From contig NC_045696.1 of the NCBI RefSeq assembly GCF_009834535.1, positions 22,694,001 through 22,758,000 on the forward strand: 64,000 nucleotides of DNA. Reading direction: 5' to 3'. The DNA comes from Camelus ferus. Its lineage: Eukaryota. Positions 26,922-38,700 of this stretch are shown piece by piece; position 1 is the stretch's first letter; the number at the start of each line of letters is the position of its first letter. The position numbers and the translations under genes are program-made. Under the pieces are notes generated by a model. That model ran no database searches. It was not told the origin of the DNA and worked only from the letters and a program-made list of their open reading frames with translations.

Positions 26922-27472
26922 TGAAAGTAAAGGGAAACCTCATTTAAAATGGAGTCAGAAAGCCCTGAAGGAGGAGCTTTCTCAGACCTTCCTTGTAACC
27001 GTCTGCGTAACCAGCAGAAAGAAGGAAGATCAGAATTATTTTAACAAGGCCTGTTTGTATAGAATTCTTCATATAAAATTCTCTCACTCTCAACTTCTTA
27101 TTTGTGATGAGAAAGATGTTACTTTTCTTCTGGTGCAAGGGAGGGCATTTTTCATACAGGAATTTTGTCTCCTGTTTTTAAGAAAAGGAAGGAAGATCCT
27201 TCTGAGCCCCAGCAACAACAAACCGACCACCTCCTGCAGCCAGTAAGAAACTGCCACAACTTCGAACTTGTTCTTCTCCAGTGAATTTTATTCAGAACAA
27301 CCCTCTCCAATCTTCTCCTAAGCCCTAGTGAAAACTGACCTTCCCTTTGCCTCTTTGGGCTTGCCCATGGTTCACCAAAGATTACATTTTTCAAATTGCA
27401 ATTTCTCTTCCATTTCAGAAAAGCCTCATTTTGCCGGTAAAATAATTGGCTATTTTGTTTTTAAAGTTGACA
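26922..27472 (+). mobile_element. ERV1-type solo LTR
   Basis: TG...CA ends (tgaaagtaaagggaaacctcatttaaaatggagtcag ... ttttaaagttgaca), about 550 bp. No clear TSD. Confidence 0.65.
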
Positions 27473-28819
27473 TAATATGATTTCTTCATCCAGTTTGCTT
27501 CCTGGCTATACTCAGTCACTGATTAGCTCTCAGTTGTTTCCTATTGGTGCTTTCCTGAGAGGTTGTTTTTTTTTTTTGACATTCTTGGTAACTTCTCTGT
27601 TTATTTTTGAATGAGTATATTCATATTTTACTGGAGAGATTATGATTTTACTCACTGTGAGAATACTTCAAATGACTCAGGTGGCTAATATCAACAGTAG
27701 ATAGTTTCAATCATAGATTTACTGGAAATCCATTTTTCACCATACCCTATCCTACACCTTAAATACTTGTGATATCAAGTTATACGGATGCAAAACACTT
27801 CTTGGATCTTTCATTTTATTTTTGTTACAGAAATAAAAATATGTGGAAATTGTGGATAAATAAGAGTAATAGCCTTTTAATTTGGTTCTGTATCTTCCCA
27901 TTATTCTTCCAATAACAAGGTAATCCTCAGAGGTATGATATGCATGTAGACAGATGCTGTACCATGTCCTCCGTTCCTGGGCGTATCTGATAATTGGCTA
28001 CATACAAAGTGAGCATCTTCTTTTTTTTCTCTCAAGCATTAGAGATTAGAGCCAAGAATGACTGTGTCAGGGAGGTCAACATATTAAAACTTGTCTTTAC
28101 GTATTTGACCATTAAAGAGATACTAGAATAAATATTACAAAAGAAAAGAAAATAAACAAACCAAGGAAGAAATGGAAATTTCTACTCTTTTACTTTGGCG
28201 GTTCTGGTGGTGTGGGAGTTGGGGACTGCAGCCTGTCTGGGAGTATATGAGCCTCTTCATTCTTTTTGCGCCATTTGGTGAAGCCATGTTCTCTTCCCTT
28301 CTCCACTTTTATCCTCTGAGTCATGGTCAAGCATGAGCAAAGGATTCCTGAAGAATGAACCCTGCAGTAATCTCTCTGCTTTATAAGTTGTAATGGTGGC
28401 CCAGGTCATAATTTTTACTTAAATGGGCATGTTTCTTTTGGAAAACCAGGAGCTTTTTCCTCCTCTCCTGTAATATGTTCACTTTTATGTTGCATAGGAA
28501 ATTAATGTCTATACTTATCGAAAACTCCCAATTTCTCAGTATATGTAATGAAGATTTATAATGCCAGATGCAAATATTATAATTAGAAAATAGGAGAGAA
28601 TTTTAAGTTTAGTGGCATAATTTAATATATATGCAATAGTAGTCTATTCATTTTAAAATGTAAGATCTTTATCACACTGCCTAAGTCCATTTTCTGTTTA
28701 AAATTTATATGGTTTCCCAGCTAGACATTATAAATTTCCTTTCATTATCTAATGGGCTGAAGAAGTGGGCATAGATAGCATGCATCCAGCCAATCTCTTC
28801 TAATTGGTTCCAGAACTAG

Positions 28820-28975
28820 TGCTCATTGAGTGCCTGCTAGAAGAGGGACCCATTATGCAAATTTTACTTACTTAAGTCACACAAAATCTCCATCAAGCAT
28901 ATCATCCTCCAAAAGAAAATGACAAAGAGGCTACACAGCTAGCAGTGACAAGATATAACCCAGAGTTCAGGTGTT
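28820..28975 (-). mobile_element. MIR SINE, decayed
   Basis: ctcattgagtgcctgcta...aggctacacagctagcagtgacaaga. Confidence 0.5.
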
Positions 28976-29066
28976 ACTGACTGTTTCTGAATTCCAAGCA
29001 AATCATTATTTTACCTAGAAATGCCGGTATATAGTTTTTACCTCCCAATAATAGTAGTTGAAATGC

Positions 29067-29164
29067 CTTTCCTTTTCTTTTTTTCCCCTTTTTTCTTTTC
29101 TTTTCATTTCCTCTCCTTTCCTTTCCTTTTCTTTCTTTCTTCCTTTCTCTTCCCTTCTCTTCCC
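29067..29164. repeat. Pyrimidine-only low-complexity tract (CTTT/CTT-like)
   Basis: About 100 bp that is nearly all C and T. Confidence 0.9.
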
Positions 29165-29979
29165 TATTATTGATGTAACACAAAAGGCACAACAAGGGAA
29201 TTCAAACTTGGAACAGGGTTTTGAGAGGAGATATCAGGGTCACACTGGCAATGTATGTAGCTACGTACAAAGAGAAAGGAAATATGCAGACCAAAGGAGT
29301 AGAGGTTGTCTCTTTGCATGATGGAACTTCAAAAGTCCTATATTTTGATCAAACATTTGGTTTGCTATTTTATATGGTTTGGAGGGATATGTAGCCATAC
29401 CTCCACAAAGCACCTTTCACAATATTCAAGGTTCAATATACTTCTTTGTATTTTAGAAAAGTGATTGCAGTTTGCTCATATGCTACCTTGGTTTGACATT
29501 AAATTCCAGTGTAACTGAGTCTAAATTATATTTATTTCAGGGCACTTTCCAGCTGATAGCTCCAGAATAATCTGCAGTAATTTAGGTAGGACATTGTTTT
29601 GATAGATCAAATGGTCCTTTCAACTTATGCTAGGTAATAATCTTGATACTGTCCTTGCAGGGGTCAGTGAAACTGAGCCCTGACCATTCTTGTTGATAGT
29701 TGAGTGTTTACTAAGAACCCAGTGAAACTGAGTCAACTCCAAGACTCATGCATTTTACTTATATTTTACTTTTTCTGATATTCCCACTTGGTTTGGAAAA
29801 TGTTCCCATGTTTTATCAGACATTTTAAAAAGAATTATTATGATGAAGGCAATATATGTTCGATATAAAGTAAATCAAGCTGCACACACACACAAACACA
29901 CACACCACTTGTAAAACCTCCAGCTCATATCTCAGTTTAAATTTGGGTGTTGACCCCTGGATTTTAATTTCATCCAGTA

Positions 29980-29983
<4 letters not shown>

Positions 29984-30023
<40 letters not shown>
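29984..30023. repeat. (TC)n microsatellite, about 20 units
   Basis: Perfect run. A short imperfect (CA)n lies at 29883-29906. Confidence 0.97.
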
Positions 30024-30028
<5 letters not shown>

Positions 30029-31079
30029 CTTTGTCTTCTGTGTAGCAGGCTACTCTATAAATCTCATAATATTAAACTTTTTGTCCATAGTCTCTTCCCA
30101 AAATACACAATGAGACAAAATCACTCTCTGAGCTCACACACCCGTAGTAGTCTGCATGTTGCTCTTTCAGTGTCCTTGTTGAGTTTACAAAACTCTCTTT
30201 TAATCTTTACAAGTGATCTCCAGCTTCTCAATTTTTAAGGCGTTACCCCTTGGGAAAAGTGATTTCTGCCAGTTTGGATCTGCTATATATTTTCTAACCG
30301 TTCATAGGTTTGCCGTGTTTCATATCTCCTAAGCAAATCAATAGGGCCTATGAAATTGAATCCTTCCCAAGACAGATTCTCCGATCTCACCTCACTATTC
30401 CAAACTAGTTCACATGATCCTTTGCAATTGATCCCTTCTCAAGATCAGGCGGTATTAGAATAAGGAGAGTGTACAATGGCCTCAATTCTTTTTTTCATAA
30501 CTTGGTGGGACTAGAGGAGAAGAGGGAGGAAAATGAGAGGCACTACCCCAGCTTGTATAATGAGTTCTTCCCATGGGCCTGCTGTTCCTTGATTCTCTCA
30601 GGAGGAATCATGCCACACTGGGAAATATAAACCCTGGTTGTTTAGTGGTCAAGTCCCTTTAGTGCATAAATATTTTATACACAAATTCTTGAATGTATAT
30701 TTATAAATATATTATATATAAGATTTTAATATAAAATGCATTTTATAAATGCTTTATAAATATTTATAAATATTCCGCAAGGGCCTTGGTAATGGGTATA
30801 GGAAATCAGGAAGATGCTAGAATACACTTCATGGCCACAAGCTCCCCCAGTTTCACTCTTCTTATGTTCCTTGCTCTAGGGTTGCCTGGCAGGTATGTTC
30901 AGGTAGCACAAACATATTGAAGACTTTCATTCTAGCATCTTCCCTAAAGTTAGAAGTTGGGGGTGCCATCAGACAAAATTAGGCTAAGGCTTTAGTCTTT
31001 ATTCTGAAGGAGCCAATCATAATATTGGTGTTATGGGTTGGTCCAAGGCCTTCTATACCATTTTTACCCCTCTGCTTAC

Positions 31080-31280
31080 AATTATAAGGCACTGTTCTAA
31101 TCAAATACTTAAATGACACATTGAGGCAAGTATCACCATTGTCTTCATTTTACAGAGTATGAAACTGATACACACAAAAGTTAAGTAATTTGCTCTAAGT
31201 TACAAACCTAGTATGTAGTAGTGCCAGGATTCAAAGGCAGCATGGTTCCAGACTCTGGGCTCTTCAACATTACATGTCAC
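31080..31280 (-). mobile_element. MIR SINE
   Basis: cttcattttacagagtatgaaactga...gttaagtaatttgctctaagttacaaacctagta...ccaggattcaaa. Confidence 0.75.
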
Positions 31281-32592
31281 TTCTTCTAGTAATAGATATT
31301 GCTATACTATATTTTTATTGTATGACCTTCTTCTACTTTGGAGGGCTTAATTAGCTTTATGTGAACCTGTGGAATGAAAATCGTGCTACTGTGTTTTCAA
31401 AGATCAGTAATGGTGTAGATGCTGCACAGAAAGCAGAACAAACTGTAAATGATAATGCAAACATCAATGAGTGGGAAAATATTAAACAGAAGTGCTTAAG
31501 GGCCCCTGGAGTATCGCACAGGCAAGGAACAAGAAAGAGGAGGGTACTGTATGCTGACAATATGGAGAATAATTTTATTTTTTAGAAAAGTCATATTAGG
31601 GATTTGCCTTTCCTTTTTCCTTGTAGTATACTCTGGCCTGAACAGTATCTCTGTTCACCAGTCTGCTGGTTTCAGATGTCTTCAGTTTAGATCTTGTCTT
31701 TGTTACCTGTCTAGGAGCTCTGAACCCAGCTGCAGAGGAAGAGAATTTACTCACCAATGGTCTAATGATATATGTGGCAAGTCTACCATAGGCTCACAAC
31801 TGTAACGGGTTCCCTTGACCTCATTGTGTTTAGAGATAAAAGGAGACCAGAAAGATTTGTTTGACTGACTCTAGTCCTAGTGGACTCCATTCTCCTATCA
31901 GACAAAGTTCATCAAAGGGACAAAGCATAACTGAAAACAACTAATACAGACTGACTTAGGATGTGAGCTCTCTGTCACCATGGTGTTCTACCCCTTATCC
32001 TCCTCCCAAAACATGACTTTGTTATATTTTCCCATCAGTGTATTTCCTCTTCAAATGAGATTGTTTACTTTCTTACATCTCACATACAGACTTCTTGGAA
32101 TTGGGGTCGATGGGTGATGAGAAGGAACTGAAAAGGAGGTAGGAGACAAATTCTATCTAATTTGAAATTCTTCTGTGGACACCTACTCTCCAGAAATGGA
32201 AACTTTTATGAATCTGTTACAGTGCTTCCCTCTTCATTTTGGCAGCTGTTAGATATTGTGCTGGCTATGTAAAGGAACTCATCCTTTTAAAACCTTAACC
32301 ACAGAAATAAATTAAGGCAATAAAAGCTTAGGGAACCTGATTGGCAAGTGAATAGGTAGTAGCACATAGAGGAAATTTAAGAACTTCAGGAGATCCTTTT
32401 TGGCCAAAAATAATCTAGGTCTTATTGCTACCAGAGTAGTTGATCACCCACCATTTTTCCATTGTTTTCTGGAAATACTCCTAGACAGAAAAAAACACAT
32501 CAAATCCATTACAGCATACTGTGAACAGTGGCCAGGGACTCTGAACTTACTAGTACCTGGAACAAGTAAGGTGAAGTGTTTGAAAGAAGTAT

Positions 32593-33737
32593 CACTGAAA
32601 CTGTCAAATCGCTAGAAGAAAGCACAGGGGACAAGATTCATGGCATTGGTCTTGGCAATAATTTCTTGAACATGACACCAAAAGCACAAACAACAAAAGC
32701 AAAAAAAAAAAAAAAAATGGACAAGTGGGACTACACCAAACTAAAAAACTTCTACAAAGAAAAAAAGCCCCACAATTAACAAAATAAGAAGATAACCTAT
32801 GGAATGGGAGAAAATATTTGCAGACTGTTCATATGATAAGATGTTACTCTCCAAAATTTATAAGGAACTCCTACAACTTAAGAATACAAATTTAAAACCT
32901 GATTTAAAAATGGATAAATCATTTGACTAGTTATTTCCTCAAAGAAGACATACAAATGGCCAACAGATATATGAAAAGATGTTAAACATCATTAATCATC
33001 AGGGAAATGCAAATAAAAACCATAATGAGATATCACTTCATCCATTAGCATGGTTATTATCAAAAACAAAAGATAATAAATGTTGTTGAGGATATGGAGA
33101 AATTGGAACCTCTTATACACTGTTAGTGGAAATGTAAAATGTTGCAGCCATGATAGAAAACAGTATGGAAGATCCTCAAAAAATTAACAATAAAACTGCC
33201 ATATAATCCAGCAATCTCACCTCTGGGTATATAGCCAAAAGAATTGAAAACAGAATACTGAAGAGATTTCTATGCCCCTTTGTTCATTGCAGAATTATTC
33301 ACATTAGCCAAGATATAGAAACAGCCTGAATGCCCATCAACAAATGAATGGATACAAAATGTGGTATATACATACAATGGAATAATATTCAGCCTTAAAA
33401 AAGAAGGAAATCTTGCCATAATTGACAACATGGATGAATCTGGGGCTATCAGTCTAAGTAGAATAAGCCAGTGACAGAAGAGCAAATACTTCATGATTCT
33501 GGTTATACGAAGTTCCTAAAATACCCAAACTCATAGAAACGGAGTAGAATGATGGTTGCTAGGGGCTAGGGATAGGGAGAAATGCAGAATTGCTGTTCAA
33601 TGGGTATACAATTATAGTTATGCAAGATTAGTAAGTGCTTTGTACTTATATTTAACACTGTATCGTGCACTTACAATTTGTCAAGAGGGCAGATCTCATC
33701 TTGTGTTCTTACCACAATTTAAAAAAGGAAAAGAAAA
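32593..33737 (+). mobile_element. L1MA8/9-like LINE 3' end
   Basis: ORF2 remnant (LEESTGDKIHGIGLGNNFLNMTPKAQTTKAK...DKWDYTKLKNF). Ends aagagggcagatctcatcttgtgttcttaccacaa plus an A-rich tail. Confidence 0.88.
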
Positions 33738-33769
33738 GGTATGTAGCAGCATCCTGAATTGAAATGGGG

Positions 33770-34190
33770 CCTCCTCTGATAAAATTCCCTGAAAGGAACC
33801 AACAAGTGATGCTGAGGTACCTGGAGACTTACACAGTGGGAAGCCATTACTGCCTTTTGGCCTAAAGAGGCAAACAGAGGAAACAGTGTTACTGAAGTCA
33901 TGTGAGAGCCAAAGACAAGGAGAAGCACTGCCTAGCAAAATCGCAGTCAGAGGAACACAACCAATGGATAAACCGTGGAACTGAAGCATGAAGGGAGTAG
34001 GGGAAGAAGTGCACTAGGTCCTCTCTGCTGGTGTCACCTGGACTTTTGGCCTTTTGGTCCCGGCGGAAACCAGGGAGCAACAATGCCTGAGTTCTACAAT
34101 GTATGGTGCTAGTCTCCAGGGCAACACATGGGGCAGTGAGGGGGGACAACGAATCTGGAGGGAGCAAATGGAGAAAAACCAATCCAGAGA
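33770..34190 (-). mobile_element. ERVL LTR (LTR33-like)
   Basis: cagtgggaagccattactgcc...ggcctaaagaggcaaacagagga...atctggagggagcaaatggagaa. Confidence 0.65.
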
Positions 34191-35209
34191 GAAACGAAGG
34201 AAGAGATGGCGTATTAAAGACAAAAGCTCCTAAGGCACGTAGACCTAAGAAAGAGTTCCTTCATTTTCCTTTCCGATTCTATACTTGTCTCCGCGTACTA
34301 ACGCCATTTAGTTTTTAGTTAATGCTACTATTTTAAAGAATTCCATGTGATCATGAAGCATTTTGAGTGTTCTTCATTACTCTTGGAATGGAGTGAAAAG
34401 GAAAAGGTGAATCCTTGAAGGATACTTCTGTGATGCTATCAGTATTCAGTCTGTGAGAAAGTTTTCAAGGGCTGAAAGGGATGTCCTCAAGAAAATAAGC
34501 ACACAGGGCATTTCGTTCCAAGAATTCTACCTGTTTACAGTTCAAGTAGGCAGAGATTTGTTCAGAAACCTGACTCTCTTTAGATATTCTCCCTTTGAAG
34601 TTTAAGAGCAATTGTGGAGTGATTAATGTGCTATTAATGATGAAGGAAGCAAGTCACACATCTCTCTTGAGGAGGACTATTTTGTGTTTGATTCTTCTGA
34701 ACAAACGGGTGGGAACGGAGATGAGATATGTTTGAGAAAGCTAAATTTCAGATATTAAATGTTATTCTACTCTTAGTTTTAAAGCTACTAATATGAGAAA
34801 TGCTTCACAACTTCATAGCAACTGTGAAATACTTTATTGCCTTCACATTCTTTTAGCTATGTGTGTGGCATTTTTAAGAGAAGTTTTTGTGGAAAAAGCA
34901 TAACGCTTGGTTATTTAAATGAATATAAAATCTAGCTGTTAAAATTTCAGCTTATATTTTCAAGCATTCAAGATTAGTTTTACTTTTTTTTTCTTTGAAC
35001 AAGCAAAACGCAGTTTATTTGACTAAAATAAGAGAGAACCCAGCATAGAAGGATTCTTAGTAGAGTCTCAGAAAGAGGAAATGAGGGAATGAGAGGGATA
35101 GGTCTTGTGGCTTAGATTGGGTGATTTTTTTTTTTGCCATTCTTATATTTAAAATTTTTTATTTTATTACTAATTAATTCCATAAATATTCAGTGATTAA
35201 ATTAGGCCT

Positions 35210-35480
35210 ATGAGAGAGAAAACTGAATGTCTTTAAAGAAAAGACACAAGTATCAATGAGTGTTCAGAAGGAAGCAGGTAGTTCAGTAGGAACGAGGAGA
35301 TAGAAACGAGTTGAGTGAACAGACTTTCTCTCCATGGCACAGAGACAGAGCATCCAGGGTAACTGATGAGTTGTGGTGAGGATCTAATGGCTAGAAACGT
35401 TGGAAAGCCTTTATCATTACTCCTGAGACTAAAGAGGTGAGGAGAAGGAGCAGTCATTGAAAGTTTATGAGAGCAGTAAC
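35210..35480 (-). mobile_element. L2 fragment
   Basis: Purine-rich L2 antisense pattern ending ggagcagtcattgaaagtttatgagagcagtaac. Confidence 0.45.
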
Positions 35481-35524
35481 TTCAGGAACAGTACATCTGC
35501 CCTCAAATGCCTTTTGATCAGAGA

Positions 35525-35760
35525 ACGCCACCTCTGCTAACCCTCAGCCAAGCAAGGAGGGAGTCAGGGGACCAAACACTCCTACGCCTCACTCCTTTCA
35601 CCTCCCTTGTCTCCCGTAGCTGAACCAACTGCAAGTACAGAGAAAGAAAGTCATAAGGCTGTGATCTATAGAGACCGTCTTGGGTGTAGAACAGGGTAGG
35701 AAATGCTGGAGAAGTGTAGGGAATTGATTTGGGGGGAGCAAATCTAAAATGTACAGCATA
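35525..35760 (-). mobile_element. LTR33-like fragment
   Basis: caaggagggagtcagggg...ctgaaccaactgcaag...gatttggggggagcaaat. Confidence 0.5.
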
Positions 35761-38700
35761 AGATGCATGCTTGGAAGCAAGGGGACCCTACAGCTCTGAT
35801 AACGTCTACTAGAGTTAAAGTTTCTGCCTGAGGTTATGTCTCAGAATGGAATTTATTGCCAATATTGGCGGTAAGGCAGGGCAGTGAAAACAAACGGATT
35901 TTTGAATTCAGTTCACCCTGAGTTTCGAAGTTTTATCTTGGGCTCTACATTGAAGACAGCTACAGTTTTCCATAGGTAACCATTATTTTATATATAAAAA
36001 ACAAATATATAAAGAGTAGTGGTTCTGTAGATAGATGCGTTATTACATAACAACTGGGCAGCAGAGCCACAAGGCAACCTCAAACATTACTTTTTCAATG
36101 TAATTGCCAGCAGAACTCCAGAAATTTAGATCAAGTAGTGTCTGGAGAAGGCTTCATTAGAAATAAATGATGGAAAAGGAACACCGCCAAGAAAAGATAT
36201 CAAGGAAAGAAATAAGAAAATATTTTAAAAAGTAAAAACCAAGAAGAGACTAAAAACAAATAAAGCAATCCTTAATTTTAATCAGGTACAAAGAAAATGT
36301 CAATATAACAAATCAACTAATTTCCATTAATTGTCAATATTTCTACTTCTGTTGAAGAGATCCGTGGTATTTTGGGTTGTATATCTTTGTGTTCCCTGTG
36401 TGTGTGTATGCACACACTCGCGTGTGTAACTATCATCTAGAAGATGGGATAGTTCCTGTCACCAGACAATAACTAGCCATTAGTTTGTGTCCTTTAAATA
36501 AAACTTTTCATTTTATATGGACCAATGCAATGTGAAAATTTCACACCTTAATTTTGCAATTCAAACACTCTATATCATATTGCCAAGAATTCACAATTGT
36601 GATTAACCAATAAGTAAGTTCAGTTTTAGATGCTGGAAATGTTTAAAAAAAAAAAAAAGAAAAAAAAAGTTAGAATTTCAGCTCTATCTTGAAGTTACAG
36701 AGGCAATTATGAAATAAGGAGCCAAAAATGTAATAAATGCTTTTGGAATTCAGAAGAAGCAAAGAAGATTAGAGTGAAAAGGATAGCCCAGGGAAAGAGT
36801 CAGAAAGTCAGCAGATCATGAGACAGATATTAAATTGAGTGGACATTGGGAGTGTGATGTGTGTGGGAGTTGAAGGCATTCCGGGAGAAAGCTCTACTTA
36901 GAGCAATCTTGAGGAAACTGAAGTACCAAGGACTTCCAGTAGGGGGTGACTGTGCTTAAAGCACTGGTATAGGAAGGGTAGTTTGTAGTAGGAAGGTGGA
37001 GAATAATAAGATTATTCCTAGGCCTATTCTTGAACTCACACTTTTTCAGATTTGGGAATAAGCAGACCTGTTTCAGGACATTGTTGAAAAGAGTAAATAA
37101 GTTAACACTAGCAAGCAATTAGCATAGCGCTTGGCATTGCAACCAGCAAATATTACTTATGGAACTTCTTTCTCTGAGGCTTATATTGAGAGGATGGAGC
37201 AGAGGATGAGAAATGATGATGGTGAAAGAGAAGTTCCAGTCCGGGGTCAAGGATACTGCAGTCAAATTTTTGTGAAGATATTAATGGGCAAACTTCTGCT
37301 CCTGCTAGCTATCCCTAAAACTCCAAGGAGAGGAAAAAGATGGTTTGCTTCATTTTTAACTTGTACAGGTTCCAAATTCAATGGAGGACCCCAGTCTATG
37401 GTTTGGAATTTATCTAATTCCTGCTGAGTTTCACACACACCCCTTAAGCAGCCTAACTTATTTTTTTCTGAAGGTGCCATACAAGAAAGAATCCAGAAGC
37501 TGAGAGCTGAAATTTCATCTAGCACTGGGCACATCACTGTCACAGCCCATGGTTTCCTTCATCTCTTGTACCGATGGCTGGTGATGGCTTTCCTTAGGTA
37601 CACACCAAAAGGAATAGTCTACCATGAATGTTTCATCCCAGTTGTTGGCTATACCAGATAAAAGAAAGAAGGGTGCATTGGTGACAGAAGCATGTGGAAC
37701 TGCACAAAACGAGGGGAGTGCAGAAGACAGGGGAAGATCCAGATTAGGGTAAGAGTCTACTGCTTCTTACCATGTGAGAAAACCCACCATGAAGTGACTA
37801 AAATAAGCAAGTGAAATCTTTACCTGGGTACCTATCCTCAGAAACATAGATTTTCCTCCTCTTGTGACATCTGCAATTGTCTAAGTATATAGTACTTTCT
37901 TGGGAATTACAATTCTTCTCAGATGCTGGTAGCTTCTGCCAGCTTATCAACTTTTGTTTTTCTTTTTTTGCTCCTACAAGCTTTTCATTGCTCTTCCGTT
38001 TTTATTCCTTTGCCCAAAGTTCCTTGTAAAGGAGAAGGTCCTTTTATCACCTTGTCCAACCGTCTAACAATCTGTTCTTTTCTCCTCTTCTTTACTCTCC
38101 TATCATTCCTTCCTTGATCTGTAACGGTTCCTTCTGATTGTGATTGGAGAGTCAGCTAACTCTGGAATATGCCTGTGTTCAATGTTATCGAGTATCCCTT
38201 AGTCAGCCCTCAGGAATATGGCTTTTCTTTGTTTGTTATTTGCTCTCCTTTTCCAAAAAGGATTGATTTTTGAACTGTTGTCCTTCACATTCCAGCCAGT
38301 CACCATACCTATTTATGAATATTATTTTCTGAGTATTCACTGAAATATAAGATTGTTTGCAGCCATTGTGAATATTGTTCATGATTCTTTTCTTGAGATA
38401 ATAATGTTAGGCAGATTGTTTTTAATATCCGTATTTGTTGGCTTATACTTGTGCCAATATTAAGTTCTTATTACATGCCCCCATATGTAAAATGTGAGAT
38501 ATATGTACTTGTTAAAACATGAGATTTGCCTAAATTAAAACTCTAATTGGATTAAGCGCATCACTTTTTTTTAAACAATTATTGTTTAAAATTTTATAAT
38601 TCACCTTAAGAAGTAATAAGAGAATTTAGTCAAGGATATGTCCTCTTGGAAGGACATGAATCCGAGACAGATCAACATGGATTCTTTTTCTAGATAGATT

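Noticed and set aside
30665..30775. Repeated tttataaat motifs that look like an array
   Set aside because: Irregular AT-rich low-complexity sequence with no constant repeat-spacer structure.
31361..31585. Hydrophilic, protein-like 74-aa ORF
   Set aside because: GTG start, no recognisable homology and no convincing splice sites.
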